From: Octopus vulgaris
Taxonomy: Eukaryota
DNA length: 64,000 nt
Assembly: GCA_951406725.2 (NCBI GenBank)
Contig: OX597834.1
Span: 12,090,001-12,154,000, forward strand
Direction: 5' to 3'
Under the pieces are notes generated by a model. It saw nothing but the letters and a program-made list of their open reading frames with translations, was not told the DNA's origin and did not search any database. Shown in pieces: positions 26,455 through 40,463 of the stretch (positions are counted from its first letter, which is position 1; each line of letters starts with the position of its first letter). The translations under genes and the position numbers were made by a program.

Positions 26455-26610
26455 CTCTTTTCCCAACTGGTACTTTATTTTATCGATATTGAAAGAGTGA
26501 AGAGCAAAGTCGATCATAAGTGCATTTGAAATCAGAACGTAGAAAGGCTAGACGAAACGCTGCTAAGCATTTTGTCCGACGCACTAAAGGTTCTACCAGA
26601 TTACCACCTG
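26455..26610 (-). mobile_element. SINE family B, diverged
   Basis: AACTGGTACTTTATTTTATCGA...CAAAGTCGA...TCAGAACGTA...GCTAAGCATTT. Confidence 0.65.
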
Positions 26611-26632
26611 TAGTCCATCATATAATAACAAG

Positions 26633-26858
26633 GCGAGGTGGCAGAAGCGTTAGCCGGGCGAAATGCTTAGCGCTATTTCGTCTGCTGTTACGTTCTGAGT
26701 TCAAATTCCGCCAAGGTCGACTTTGCCTTTCATCCTCTCGGGATCGATGAAATAAGTACCAGTTACGCACTGGGGTCGATATAACCGACTTAGTCCCTTT
26801 GTCTGCCGTTGTTTGTCCCCTCTATGTTTAGTACCCTGTCTGCAATAAAGAAATAAGA
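26633..26858 (+). mobile_element. SINE family B, full length
   Basis: Colinear with the family. 13-bp TSD ATATAATAACAAG at 26620-26632 and 26859-26871. Confidence 0.9.
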
Positions 26859-27535
26859 ATATAATAACAAGCACCCTCATCTCTACCAGCACCAGCACAA
26901 CAACTGCAGCAACAAAACAGAAATAATATCTTCTGCAGCAACAACAGTTTTGCTGCGGTATTCGATTACCAGTTATTGAATGCAATTAGTCTAGTTTCGT
27001 CACTGTATTTTCTCCCTATCAGTGGAAGATAAATTACTGCTATAGGTTCATCCAATCTTTGAGGAACATAGTATGTGATATTTATGTCTTGTTGGTAATA
27101 ACATAAAATTCGAGTTACCAGCTTGTAACTCTACTCTTAAATGAGACATCCACTGCAAAGAAATTGATGTTAAAACTAATGGCGGTACACTTTAATCAGT
27201 CGCAGAAGTAACAACAATAAGGGAATCTCATCTCTTAGAAATAACAACCAAATCCTCACCACCTGTTTCTATCGCTTTCATAGTTTAGAAACAATACAGA
27301 GAGGTACACAGCTCATTGTAGTCTTTGATAATGAGAAAACTCTGCTAATCTCTATTTGTAAGTTCTCAATTTATCGGTGTAATTCCAGCTTGGATATAAA
27401 TAATTATCAAATCTACAGCACTGGACAAAAGATACTGTCACGTATTGTAAGATGCTAAATTTCACAATTTTTTGATAGATTACTAGCCTTCTCCCAACAA
27501 AGTCGGTTGACAAAGACCGTTTTCAGATGATCTTT

Positions 27536-27813
27536 AATGGTAGTTAAGAAACTGGCTTTCAAACTCCGTGACTTCGTGTTTAGACCCACTGCGAGGCATC
27601 TTAAACAGGGGTCTCTGAATGAAGCCCCGGAACAACCAATATCTTGTTAATGAAATTGATAGACAAATCGGTGTAGAAGACCTTCGTCTATACCCGAAGA
27701 ATAGGATATCTGACTCGCTAGAAAGAGCAGTTAAAACTCCAAGCCACCAATTGTTGTAATTCCGAAAGTGATTGGAAAATAAAAACTTTTACCTTAATCC
27801 TAGACCCTGCAAA

Positions 27814-27866
<53 letters not shown>

Positions 27867-28180
27867 AGTATGTATGTATGTATGTATGTAAATGTGTGTT
27901 TGTGTGCATGTGTGTGCGTATATGTATGTATGTATGTATATATGTATATCTTGTGTGTGTGTGTGTGTTTGTGTGTGTGTCTTGTTCTAGTCACTCACAA
28001 TCGCTTAACGAGTATTGGTTTGTTTACCCACTTAAATTAATGACTTCGGGAAAAGAGAAGGTTTTGATAAATAACACAAACAGATATGCAGTGGTCGATT
28101 TGTTCAACAGAACCACTCAAAACGATGCTGCAGCATGGTCACACTCTAATGCCTTAAACAAACAAAAGACAAAAAGAAAA
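27536..28180 (+). mobile_element. Old SINE family A copy (head 27536-27690, 3' part 27960-28180)
   Basis: Degenerate matches CCCACTGCGAGGCATCTT, GGTCGATTTGTTC, GCAGCATGGTCAC. Confidence 0.55.
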
Positions 28181-28809
28181 CAAGATACTCGGTGAGCAGC
28201 ACATGAACCGAACTTTGATTCATGTTAATGCGTGCACTTTCCGTTGGGTAATGTTGATTCTAAATATTATTCGAACGGCGTCATTTAAAATATGACGCAC
28301 AGTGATTAAGAAGCGGGTACAGATATGTAATGGTGTTGGAAAATCGATTAAATCCTCTTTTGGTAATGATTTTATCGATTCTGGTTCTACGTAAGACAAG
28401 AAAAGTCTGTCCGGAAGGTATTTGAAGAAAAAATGGGTTAGGGTCGATATGGAAAAAAAAAAATTAGATATAGAATTTAGTTTAACGTTTTGCCGTTTTC
28501 GGGCAAACCTCTACCCTATTAATAATGAAATATGGATGAAAGATAAACAGAGGAGATAGCAAGCAATCTATTGTAGGGAGATTTTCATCATGTTGCCGAA
28601 GCTAAAAGATAATTACTTAAAGCCATTTTTGGACGGACACTAAGCTTGCAGGGTTTGCGTTTTGTTACTATTATCAATGTACTATTCTGCTGTCCATTTT
28701 GGTTGTTATTATTATTGTTGTTGTTATTGCTATCGATTTATTGATAATAATATTAACAACAACAAAAACGACAACAGCATAATAATAATAATAGCACTGT
28801 TCTCTCACT

Positions 28810-29152
28810 CAATTATAATAATAGTTATAATAATAATGATAATAATAATGATAATAATAATGATAATAATAATGATAATAATAATGATAATAATAATAAT
28901 AATAATAATGATAATAATAATAATAATGATAATAATAATGATAATAAAAATAATGATAATAATATAAAAAATAATAATAATAAAAAAAATAATAATAATA
29001 ATGATAATAATAATAATGATAATAATAATAATGATGATGATGATAAGAAAAAGAAGTAGGACGAGAATGATGTTACTGCTGCGGCTACTATTACTACCAC
29101 TACTCCAACTATTACTACTACTACTACTACTAATAATAATAATAATAATAAT
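28810..29152. repeat. (AAT/GAT)n and (ACT)n arrays
   Basis: Seen directly. Confidence 0.9.
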
Positions 29153-29594
29153 CTTTTTCCCCTTTTGCTGTCATCTGTGATAGATTGATTTACCAAACAG
29201 GGATTTGGGATTTAAGACTTAGAGTGATGCTTTTCTACCAGGCAAGATAAAAGAAACAAAAACAAAACAAAAACAACAAAAAACAAAGTAAAGAAAACTA
29301 AAATTGAACTAAAAGATTAAAGAAAAAACACAGAACAAACTAATCTATGAAAATCACTCAAGGAGCACTAATATCAAATAATGCTGTCTATTTTCTGATA
29401 TGTTTGTACTTGCCTTTATGTTTTTCTATGTTAAAAACGATTCCATGAAATCTGCATTTATATATTGCTTCGCGTCATATTCTAAGGTTTCCTGTCTTTT
29501 TTGTGTGCTTTTCTTTTCAAAAGGCAAATAAATAATAGACCAATGTTATAGCATTGTCATTAATAGAATAATTATATATATATGTGTATATATA

Positions 29595-29846
29595 CAACTG
29601 TCGCTCAATGTGACTAGGGTGTTTGCTAGAAGTCAGAGCTAAACCGCTCTAATACTGAAGATAACACACATGAATTAATACAAATATTTATATACTAACA
29701 GGGACTATAATCGTCCGAAGAGCGCCGGCCCCTGTTAGGGTAAATGTTTTTACTCATGTGCGTTAAATACAGCATTAGTGGTTTTAGGTCTTATTTCTAG
29801 CAATATAGGTGTTGTCTAACACCCTAATCGAATTTAGTGACATTTG
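29595..29846. mobile_element. Old fold-back MITE (Tc1/mariner-like, TA-flanked)
   Basis: Degenerate inverted symmetry along its length: CAACTGTCGCTCAATGTGACTAGGGTGTT vs AACACCCTAATCGAATTTAGTGACATTTG, inner GCTAGAA/TTCTAGC and CTAACAGGG/CCCTGTTAG. TA at both ends. Confidence 0.6.
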
Positions 29847-29989
29847 TAATTCTCCTTTTTGGTGAAACATAGCGAACTGCTATTCGTATGAATTTTATAT
29901 ATATGTGTGTGTTTGTCGTGTGTGCGTGTGTGTATGTATGTGCGTTTATGTGTGTGTGTGTGTATAAATATATTTTTAATGCTGTGAAC

Positions 29990-30590
29990 GGTAAAAGTCG
30001 TTAACACGCCAGGTAATCTGCTTAGCGGTATTTCAACCAGCTTAAGACATTGCTTTCATCTTTGAGAGGTCGATGAAATAATTACCAGTGAAACACTGGA
30101 GTGGATAAGGTCACCAACCCACTTCCACAAAATTTCAGGCCCTTTGCTTGTAGTCGAAAGGTCAGATATTAAACCAGCGAGTAGGCAGAATCGTTAGCTT
30201 GCCGGAAAAAATAATTAGGGGCATTTGGTCAAACCCTCCACTCCTACTTCAAACGCCACAGGGGTCGATCTTGCCTTCTATCCAATAAGGTTCGATAGTA
30301 CCAGTCAAGCAGGGCAGTTGGTGTAACTGAATGGCCTCCTTCCTCCAAAATTTCAGGCTTAGAGCAAAACGGATTATTACGGAAGCGTGCTGATAGAAGC
30401 TTTTGTGCATCGGTTGAAAAGGCTTAGCGGCATTTCTTCCGGTTCTTTACGTCCTGATTCCAAATATCACAGAGGTCACCTTCGTCATCCGTCGATTCAG
30501 GTATCAAAAATATAAAGTACGAGACAAGATCTGGAGTTGATGTAATCGCCAGATCGACTCCCCCCTAACCTGCTGGCCTTGGGCAATTAT
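29990..30590 (+). mobile_element. Three head-to-tail old family-B-related SINEs with an alternative tail
   Basis: Repeated GCTTAGCGGY(A)TTT, AGTACCAGT and AAAATTTCAGGC / GCTGGCCTTG modules at about 29990, 30175 and 30385. Confidence 0.6.
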
Positions 30591-30599
30591 AACGAGGGA

Positions 30600-30637
<38 letters not shown>

Positions 30638-31105
30638 GTTGGTGGTTGTGGTATTATTATTATTATTATTATTATAAGAGAACAGTGCATGCCATCAAAG
30701 TGATACTGGGGTAAAATATACGAAGCCCAGAATAACAATCATGACTACCTGTCTGATAAGGGTACCCCAGGCACATATCAAAACGATTTACTGACATGAC
30801 AGAAGGAGTAATATGTGCTGCATGCCCTGTCCCCTTCAATTAACGAACAAATCAGGATGAGAAATAAGAAAACAATATGAATATAAACAATTTCTACCAA
30901 CCCGTACAAACATATTGCTTTTGAATCGAAGTTTACTTTGATACTTGGCCCAATGATAGTAGGAACTGCAAGTAACAAATCTAACTGTCTTAATAAACGC
31001 AAACGTTTTTATAGAAGGTATCTGTGGAGAATATATGTCTGTGCAGATTGTTTCATACACGGAGTATTTGAATTAAGAAAATATCCGTTTTCAGAAGAGA
31101 TTAAA

Positions 31106-31268
31106 GGTGCAGGGGTGGCTGTGTGGTAAGTATCTTGTTTACCAACCACATGGTTCCGGGTTCAGTCCCACTGCGTGGCACCTTGGGCAAGTGTCTTCTA
31201 CTATAGCCTCGGGCCGACCAAAGCCTTGTGAGTGGATTTGGTAGATGGAAACTGAAAAGAAGCCCGTC

Positions 31269-31323
<55 letters not shown>

Positions 31324-31527
31324 TGTGTTTGTCCCCCTAGCATTGCTTGACAACCGATGCTGGTGTGTTTATGTCCCCGTTACTTAGCGGTTCGGTAAAA
31401 GAGACTGATAGAATAAGTACTGGGCTTACAAAAAAAAATAAGTCCCGGGGTCGAGTTGCTTGATTAAAGGCGGTGCTCCAGCATGACCGCAGTCAAATAA
31501 CTGAAACAAGTAAAAAAGTAAAGAGTA
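31106..31527 (+). mobile_element. SINE family A, full length
   Basis: Best reference copy: tRNA-like head, internal (TA)n, 3' body and GTAAAA tail. Confidence 0.9.
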
Positions 31528-32817
31528 TAACAAATTGTTATAGTAAATTCTTCGTCCTCTTAATCTTTCCTGGGGGTTCTACAGCTGTATACAAGAAATT
31601 TCACAAACATGTGCTTCCAAAAAATCGGATATTTCAGTATAGCCTCAAGAGAGTAATTCAAGGAAATCTTTCGAAATCTATGGGTCCATTTTTGCCTTTA
31701 TTGCTCGTCATATATACTATATTTCAGACCTAACCTCTAAGCGAAATTGTTGGCAGGTTTAATAACGGAAACACCATTCCATATAGGCCAATTCTACATA
31801 AAGGTTTCAATAAATATTATTGATATTGATATCGAACCCACATTTCTTTACACCTTTGTGGAACGATATTGGCATGTGATAAGTGAGGTGAACATTAAAC
31901 ACGATATGAGACACATGGTTATGCAATGAGTAAAACTATATTAATAGTAATGTCAATAATACCAAGCAGTCTGAAAGAAATTTATAAACTGATCGAAGAT
32001 GACATTAAGAATAACGAAACCGTTCTCAGCTCCAAGAATAACTGGAAAATATCACTTCGTGTTTTAATCTGAGGAGTTATAGGAAAAAAAGCCAAAGGTC
32101 TTCTCTCATGTCTTACGAAATTCTTTGATCTACAGGCCTTGCCCTGTTTTCACCAGATGGTAGGAAGAAGCCGGTGGTTAGGGTGCTTGTTAATAGGTTG
32201 AGTGCCAAGGAAGCTGAGAATTTGAATATATATGTTAAGAAGCATATGAGGATGCTTGATTACTGATCGTAAAAACGTATTACATGTCGAAAAACGACAA
32301 ACACCCTTTGGGATAGGGGTCTCAGACCGTGCTTTATGCTGTCCACAGGCCAGCGGGACATCACCGTCTTTAGAATAAACATAGCATAACAAGTGTTGCT
32401 GAATATTACAAAAGGTCTGAACGGCTTCAAAGAAAACACGACACATATTGAACGGAATAAGGAAAGAAGTGAATAAATTTATATATATGCGTGTATATAT
32501 CCATATATATTCACACACACATATACGCATAAGAAATATAAATACATACATACATATATATATATATATATGTGTATATTGTATTTTTATTCGTGTAACA
32601 TCGTCCGTTTTCCGTCCCTGTGTTGTATACATTCGAGGCTTTCTTCCAAGGAATATAATGCGCTTGGCTTAGATTTCCCTTGGGGGCTGCCCAGATCGGA
32701 GCAATCTCAAGATTAATCAGCCGAAATTGCGAAGATGATCCGGTTCTTGACTGATGATTGTCGTCTTCTAAATGTTTCACGGTCTTGTCCCAGTTTGTAT
32801 ATATATTTTTTTTTTAC

Positions 32818-32854
<37 letters not shown>

Positions 32855-33479
32855 CATTCTGAATAATTTATCAATACTGTATCATTTATCTTTATATATT
32901 CGATAGATAGAAATATTTCTCTTTAGTTAATCCCACGATTAACAAATCTCGTTCTTGAAGGCTTTGCACAATTAAGAAGGACTAGGTTCTACTAATAGGA
33001 ACTAATCTTGCTGCTGCTGCTACTACTATTATTACACTTGACATTAGTACTAGCAGTAGTAGTAGTAGTAGCGGCAGCAGCAGTAAGAGGAGTGGAAGGA
33101 GGAGGGGAAAAGAGGAGGATAGGGCAGTAGGAGCAGCAGCAACCGTAGTGGTAGCAGCAGTTGTATTAGTAGTTAGGGTTAGTCAAATGAAAACTTGGAA
33201 GAAATTAATAACCATACACTTTATGGATATGGACGCCTTTTGTTATGAAACAAAACAATACAGGTAAATTACCTTGCGACCAGACACGTCAAACCTGTAT
33301 TCAAGGTCGCAATAATTGTGGATGCTCGGACGTGAAGCGACGTACTTGATTTCACCCGTACGAATATGTCTAAGTTTTAAAAGATTGAATAACGCTTTTA
33401 AACACAGTACATAAGCACGCACTCATCCTGTTTCCACATTCACATATGTTACGTAAATTCTTAGATACGAGGATACATG

Positions 33480-33711
33480 CATACACGTATACTCACACAC
33501 ACAGATACACATATATATCTGTATGTGTATATCATATATATACATATATATACATATATATCTGTATGTAGATATGTCTACATATATATATGTATACATA
33601 TATATACATATATATACATATATATCTGTATGTGTAGATATGCGTCTACATATATATATGTATACATATATATATATACATACATATATACATATATATA
33701 CATGTATATAT

Positions 33712-33749
<38 letters not shown>

Positions 33750-34380
33750 TGTATGTGTAGATATGCGTCTACATATATATATGTATACATATATATACAT
33801 ATATACACATACATATATATACATATATACACATACATATATATATACATATATACACATACATATATATATACACACATACATATATATATATACACAT
33901 ATATACACATACATATATATATACACATATATATATACATATATACACATATATATATATATATACACATATATATATATACATATATACACATATATAT
34001 ATATACATATATACACATACATATATATATACACATACATATATATATACACATATATATATATACATATATATATATATACATATATACACATACATAT
34101 ATATACATATATACACATACATATATATACATATATACACATACATATATATAAATATATACACATACATATATATATACACATATATATATACATATAT
34201 ACACATACATGTATATATACACATATATATATACATATATACACATACATATATATAACATATACATATACACACATACATATACACACATACATATACA
34301 CATACATACACATATACACATACATATACACATACATATGTGTATATACACGCACACATGCATGTGTCTGTGCATGTATG
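33480..34380. repeat. (TA)n/(CATA)n compound array with duplicated GATATGCGTCTAC blocks
   Basis: Seen directly. Confidence 0.95.
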
Positions 34381-35019
34381 TATTAGAGAAGTGATGTAAG
34401 GTTTTATGTTTTTCCAGATGCTACTTAGCGCGGCGATTAACCTGAACAGATTAAACTAAGGGAAAAAGTTAAGAATACATGTACGTTTACAGAAACAACA
34501 AACAAGATAAGTTTGGGTCTGTTTATTTAGAGCATCAGGTTGTTTTAAAATTAGCGAAACACTTTTTAACTCCTCATCATTAAAATCACGCCATAAATAA
34601 TCTACTTGTTTTAATTATAACATTGATTATCTTGCAGACTTTATTCTATTTCTTTTCATTCTTTTCGTATTCATTTTTGCTTTTGTTTTTTTTTTCATTT
34701 TGTTCGTACATAATGAATTGATGTATTTGATAGAAAAGCACATTGGCTCGGTAGTAAAGGAGTTTGCTCTGCAAACAAGCAGATTTCGGTTTCAGTTCCA
34801 CTGTCATCTACGATAATATTTGGCCCACCAAAGCTTCAAAATGGATTTGGAAGTCTGGAACGGCGTTGATGCATTTTCCATATGCGCCTGTGTATATGAC
34901 ACCAGGATGCATATCTAAGTGTGCAGTCGATGCATTTGAAATGCACATAGATCAAGAATAAAGAGAATACTGTAAATAACTGTTTAATAAAATCGTAGAT
35001 GTGGGAAACTACTTATTAA

Positions 35020-35080
<61 letters not shown>

Positions 35081-35115
35081 CGTGTGTTTATGGATATATA
35101 TATGTGTGTGTGTGG

Positions 35116-35150
<35 letters not shown>

Positions 35151-35549
35151 GGCGCAAAGTGGCCGTGTGGTAATTAGCTTGCTTACCAACCACATGGTTC
35201 CAGGTTCAGTCCCACTGCGCAGCACCTTGGGCAAGCGTCTTCTACTATAGCCTCGGGTCGACAAAAGCCTTGTGAGTGGATTTGATAGACGTAAACTGAA
35301 AGAAGCCCGTCGCATATATGTATATGTAAACATATGTGTGCGTGCTTGTATGTCTGTCTTCCCCCCCTCCTGACCACCGCTTGACAACCCTTGCTGAAGT
35401 GTTTACGTCCCCGTAACATAGCGGTTCGGCAAAAGGGACCGATAGAATAAGTACTAGGCTTACAAAGAATAAGTCCTGGGGTTGATATTCTCGACTAAAT
35501 GTGGTGCTCCAGCATGGCCGCAGTGAAATTACTGAAAAAAGTTAAAGTA
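35151..35549 (+). mobile_element. SINE family A, full length
   Basis: Colinear with 31106-31527. Confidence 0.9.
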
Positions 35550-35564
35550 TATACTCATAACACT

Positions 35565-35700
35565 TACACACGACGGTTTCTACCTTCCAAATCCATTCAC
35601 AAGTCGGCCAGAAGCTATTTTAAAAGACAATCTTCCAAAGTGTCACACTCTGGAATTGAACCCTGAACAGATGGTTGGGAAACAGATTTCTTAGCCTGGC
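35565..35700 (-). mobile_element. SINE family A 5' fragment, diverged
   Basis: CCAAATCCATTCACAAG...AAGACAATCTTCCAAAGTGTCACAC...TGAACCC. Confidence 0.6.
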
Positions 35701-35909
35701 CAAACACACATATATATGTTTCTAGATGTGTATGTGTTTGTAATTGTAATCCCACCGCTAGCCAAATGTTCGCTTGTTTGCGACCGTAAGTGAGCGCTTC
35801 TACACATGCGGTCGAGATATTAAAAGCATGGCTTAAAACGTATATGTGTTCAGTTGGTTTATTTGGCTAAAAGTAGTACAAGTATTATAATATTTCTAAT
35901 ATTATAATA

Positions 35910-36050
35910 TAAGGTTGTCCCAAAAGTTCGTAGAAAGTTTTGGAAAATAATGGTCTTTATTTTGAGGAATAATTTTTGTTGTTTTTGTTAGTACTTGGCG
36001 AGTAAAAATTCAATTTTCGCAAGTGTTTACGAACTTTTGGGACAACCTAA
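35910..36050. mobile_element. Mariner-type MITE, 141 bp
   Basis: TIR core AGGTTGTCCCAAAAGTTCGTA / TACGAACTTTTGGGACAACCT (21/21) with TA flanks. The TIR start resembles Hsmar1/MADE1-type ends. Confidence 0.8.
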
Positions 36051-36319
36051 TATTACAAACCATATTGAAGTATTATAATATTATATTACAAATATTATAT
36101 TGCTGAAACATAGCTATATTTCAATGCGTTGAACGGGTCATAGTGCTAGTTTGGCATAAATTTGCTAAATTAAAAATTTGGGGTAATAAAACATAAAACT
36201 TGGGGTAATAAAAAATACAATGACGTATTAAAAAGACGAATTAAAATTCCAGAGAAAAATACATAGAAGATAAATATACAAATTTACAAAAATACATAAA
36301 AGTTGCACCAATTAATATA

Positions 36320-36712
36320 GGCGCAGGAGTAGCTTTGTGGTAAATTGCTTGCTAACCAACCACATGGTTCTGGGTTCAGTCCCACTGCATGGCATCTTGG
36401 GCAAGTGTCTTCTGCTATAGCCCCGGGCCGACCAATGCCGTGTGAGTGGATTTGGTAGACGGAAACTGAAAGAAGCCTGTCGTATATATGTGTGTGTGTA
36501 TATGTTTGTGTGTCTGTGTTTGTCCCCCTAGCATTGCTTGACAACCGATGCTGGTGTGTTTACGTCCCCGTCACTTAGCGGTTCGGCAAAAGAGACCGAT
36601 ATAATAAGTACTGGGCTTACAAAAGAACAAGTCCCGGAGTTACTCGATGAAAGGCGGTGCTCCAGCATGGCCGCAGTCAAATGACTGAAACAAGTAAAAG
36701 AGTAAAAGAGAG
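36320..36712 (+). mobile_element. SINE family A, full length (subfamily 2)
   Basis: Colinear with the family. Diagnostic GGCATCTT, CCAATGCC and CGTCACTTAG. Confidence 0.9.
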
Positions 36713-37661
36713 GGTAAACATATATATTTAAAATTGACACTCCCCTCGTCAGGTGTTTTTTTTTTACACACAACATATAGTACACGGAAACAAATGCACA
36801 ATTACATACCTGTTACATGCGAAAGACCAGACATTACGTACTCCAAAAAATTCTCACAGATACTGAATGCTACTTTGTAAGCATATAATTCAATCTAGCA
36901 GCTATAGTAAATGTTATGCACACAGCTCTATCTGGACTAGTTCACTTCTGCACTCAAATTTTTCTTCTTTTAATTTCTCCCATTCATGCAAAGCCATATA
37001 TTCGGGTTCAAGTCCTTGATACCTTTTATACTAATTGCTATTTTTTCTTTTAATTGTTATATTACGATTTAAATTCCATACTTTAGTTTTATTTTAATTA
37101 CTAATTACTATATTTACTATATTTAATTCAATTGTTATTATTACCTCTAACTTTTATTGCAATTTTTATTTCTAAGTCTCTTATGGAACGTCGAGTGGAT
37201 CTTATGCGTATAACATAATTTTATGATGTTTATATATTTATATATTACTATATATTTCTAAACGTCGGGCTTTATGTCTGTTCTGTAGATGTAAATGAAT
37301 ATATGTATGTGTTTGATCTTTCTGTGGATTTTGTAGTGATCTCGTAGTTGCTGCTCGCATTGCCGCCCCTCGGATTAAAAAGTGTATACAGCTCATTTGA
37401 GCACTACTATTCCAGTGTGTTATATATTTTGAGCGTTGTTGTCACTAAACATCTCAAGATATAACTTTATTTCTTGTTATATATATATATATATATATAT
37501 TGGAAGGTTTGGAGATGATGTACAGGTATTTTATATTAGAAGAAATGAGGTACTCAGAAAATCGGATGGTTTATATTTACAGATATTTATTTGTATATTA
37601 CTTTTTTTATACATCATATAACTTAGATCATGTATTAGCCCTTTCTCTCATTCTAGTGGGG

Positions 37662-37693
<32 letters not shown>

Positions 37694-37922
37694 CTATATA
37701 CATACAATAGAGAGATGTTTCTGTTTCACTTTTAACACGTAATACTGAAATAATAGAGAAGATATGATATTGCTGTGGGCTCGCTCTAGGCAAGAAGTTA
37801 AACTTTTTTTCCCATGACACTACATGGACTCTAAGTAAGGCATGTGTAAAATTTGAATGAAAGTGGTTGTGTAGTTCTCGAGTTTTAGGGAAACACACAG
37901 ACAGACATACACACATTCTCAG

Positions 37923-38140
37923 TTTTATATACAAAATTCAGAGGACTGACCACTAAAAGTGGACAGCTTGTATGCTAGATATAGACGTCAAAATCGCCAT
38001 TTTCCAAGTAAACATTCAGCAAAATACCGAATTTTTTCTTGAGAACACATTCTTAGTGGAAAATGGCGATTTTGATGTCTATATCTAGCATACAGGCTGT
38101 CCACTTTTAGTGGTCAGTCCTCTGAATTTTGTATGTAAAA
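37923..38140. repeat. 84-bp inverted repeat with 50-bp spacer
   Basis: Arms 37923-38006 and 38057-38140 are 81/84 complementary. Confidence 0.9.
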
Positions 38141-38227
38141 AAAATGTTAATCTTCGGATTTAAAAAAAAATATGCTAGGCCACTAGTTTTAATTGATTAA
38201 TATCAATTTCTACCCTTATTTAATTTC

Positions 38228-38267
<40 letters not shown>

Positions 38268-39109
38268 TGTGTGTCTGTGTGTATTAAATAAGTGGGAAAA
38301 TACAAGTCGAAACCTTTTCTACATCACAGTGTTCATTGCTACATCAATGACATGGGTTCTATCTATTTTAAGGAGCCAATAACAAACATTACCTCTTCAT
38401 ACTGAAGAGGGAAACTACTACAATGATCTAGAAATGATGCTTGTCAGATTTAAGTTATCTTTATTGTCAGACAGCTTCAGGGAATTCATAGGAAGTGAAA
38501 AACAAAAAAAAAATAAAATTTGTAACACATTACACTAACCATTTTGTACGGAATATATTATAAAATATATTATAAAACATGTTAGCTAACACAGAAACCC
38601 TTCTATATAGGATAATGCAGTACACACACGCGCACAACACAAACAGATATAAGGAACTTAATTAAGGAAAATAATCCCCCCAAACGATGTAATGATGGTT
38701 TCCCTAAAAGAACCTCTTTTATTCCATTCCGAATGCAGATATGCAATGCATTCAGAATATGATATTCTAATGTTGTATATTCACTTCCTCTAACACACTG
38801 GTTTCGAACGTATTCAACGTATGCAGTAAATTGTCAATGTGGGATAAACTCGTATCACTTCATTTGCACGGCTCTCTTTCGTTATTGGAATACGAAGCTA
38901 GGCAAGATACTACATGAAATAATGATGAAGGGACGGCTCACCTTAGATGTATCCCTACTCAATTGGCGTTGCTTTTATCATTATTATTTTCATTATAACA
39001 AGTATTATTATTATCATTATTATTATTGTTGTTATTGTTATATATACGTGTATATCGTACACATTTATATATATATATATATATGCATGCATGTATACTT
39101 GTATACACA

Positions 39110-39141
<32 letters not shown>

Positions 39142-39339
39142 TCATACATATGTATGTATATATATATACATATGTTCATTGATATCTATATATATGTATA
39201 TATGTGTGTATAAATACACATACATGATATATATATATAATGTACGTATGTGTATATATACATATAAATATATGTACATATATATGTATATATATGTGTG
39301 TATATATATACACATACATACATAATAATAATAATGGTA

Positions 39340-39384
<45 letters not shown>

Positions 39385-40463
39385 CTATCGAATATTGATT
39401 ACGATATGCTGCCGCTGATTTCCTCCAATTAGAATGTTATGCTTTCTAGAATTTTAAATATTTCATTTTAATACTTTCGCTCATTTGTAAAACCAGTTAT
39501 GTATGCCGTAGAAGGGAGGTCTATTGGATTGGATTGCCGCAACAGCTATTTCATATAAAACTGTCAAAACAAAATTAGAAATAAGAACATAAAGATTCCT
39601 TTATAAAATACGAATTCCACTTAGTCTTTGAAGTACGTCGATGTTAATGATTTCCTTCACCCTCTACTTCCTATTTTTTTTTACCCAATTTTTTGTTATT
39701 TTACTTTACTATTTTATGTCGATTTATCATTTAAGAAAAAAAATAAAGAAATAAAACAAGGAACTAGAATAATATTCCAATTTAAAGTCTAAGAAGCAAT
39801 TTGCAGAATCATTGAAATCTAATATATTGAAATTTATATGTGATTACTTCAAAGATTGCTGATTTTAATGGTGTGTGTTATTTGAGTTCGTTCTTTAATT
39901 TTCCGTTTTTATTATTTTTTTTTCGTTATTTTGTCTTTATATATATGTTGTTGTTTTTTTTGCTATGCGGAAGCTGGAGTCATTAACCTATATATTGGAT
40001 CTATCTTCGTTGGCATTTAATCCTGGATCAATGAGATAATACACGGATTATATTTATTAAAGCTGGTAGCCTGACTTAATAAAATCATATCTGTGTTGCT
40101 TTGATATTAGAGAATTCAAATTAGGGAGTAAAATGAAACCCAATAAACTAGTTATCATTCATTACGCTCATTATCACCACCGAAAATGAAAACAATTTCT
40201 GTAAAGGTGATGATAATATGTGTGAGTATGTGTGCGTGAGTTGGTGCATGTATGTGTCTATTTGTGTGAACGCAGTATGTGTATGTTTGAATGGAATTGA
40301 CAAAGTCGATGGAGGATATTCCAGATTTCTGCACTCTGAGTTCAAAACCGACTAGTTCCATGGTTTCTTTACCGTTTTCTTGGTTCATAATAATATCAAT
40401 CTAGGGCAATGGGTGTGCAGAATTATAAGAACGACCAGTGAGATTCCTTATGGTATCTCTCTC

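Noticed and set aside
32136-32266. Possible terminal exon (acceptor TTCTTTGATCTACAG; LALFSPDGRKKPVVRVLVNRL...DY*)
   Set aside because: Short, no recognised homology and no partner exons. It needs RNA-seq or tBLASTn.
37316-37410. ATCTTT-CTGTGGA followed by a GTAGTG/CACTAC stem
   Set aside because: Resembles the H1b core start but has no GAAA strand.
38402-38460. CTGAAGA...GAAA...GTC
   Set aside because: No helix I or II pairing.
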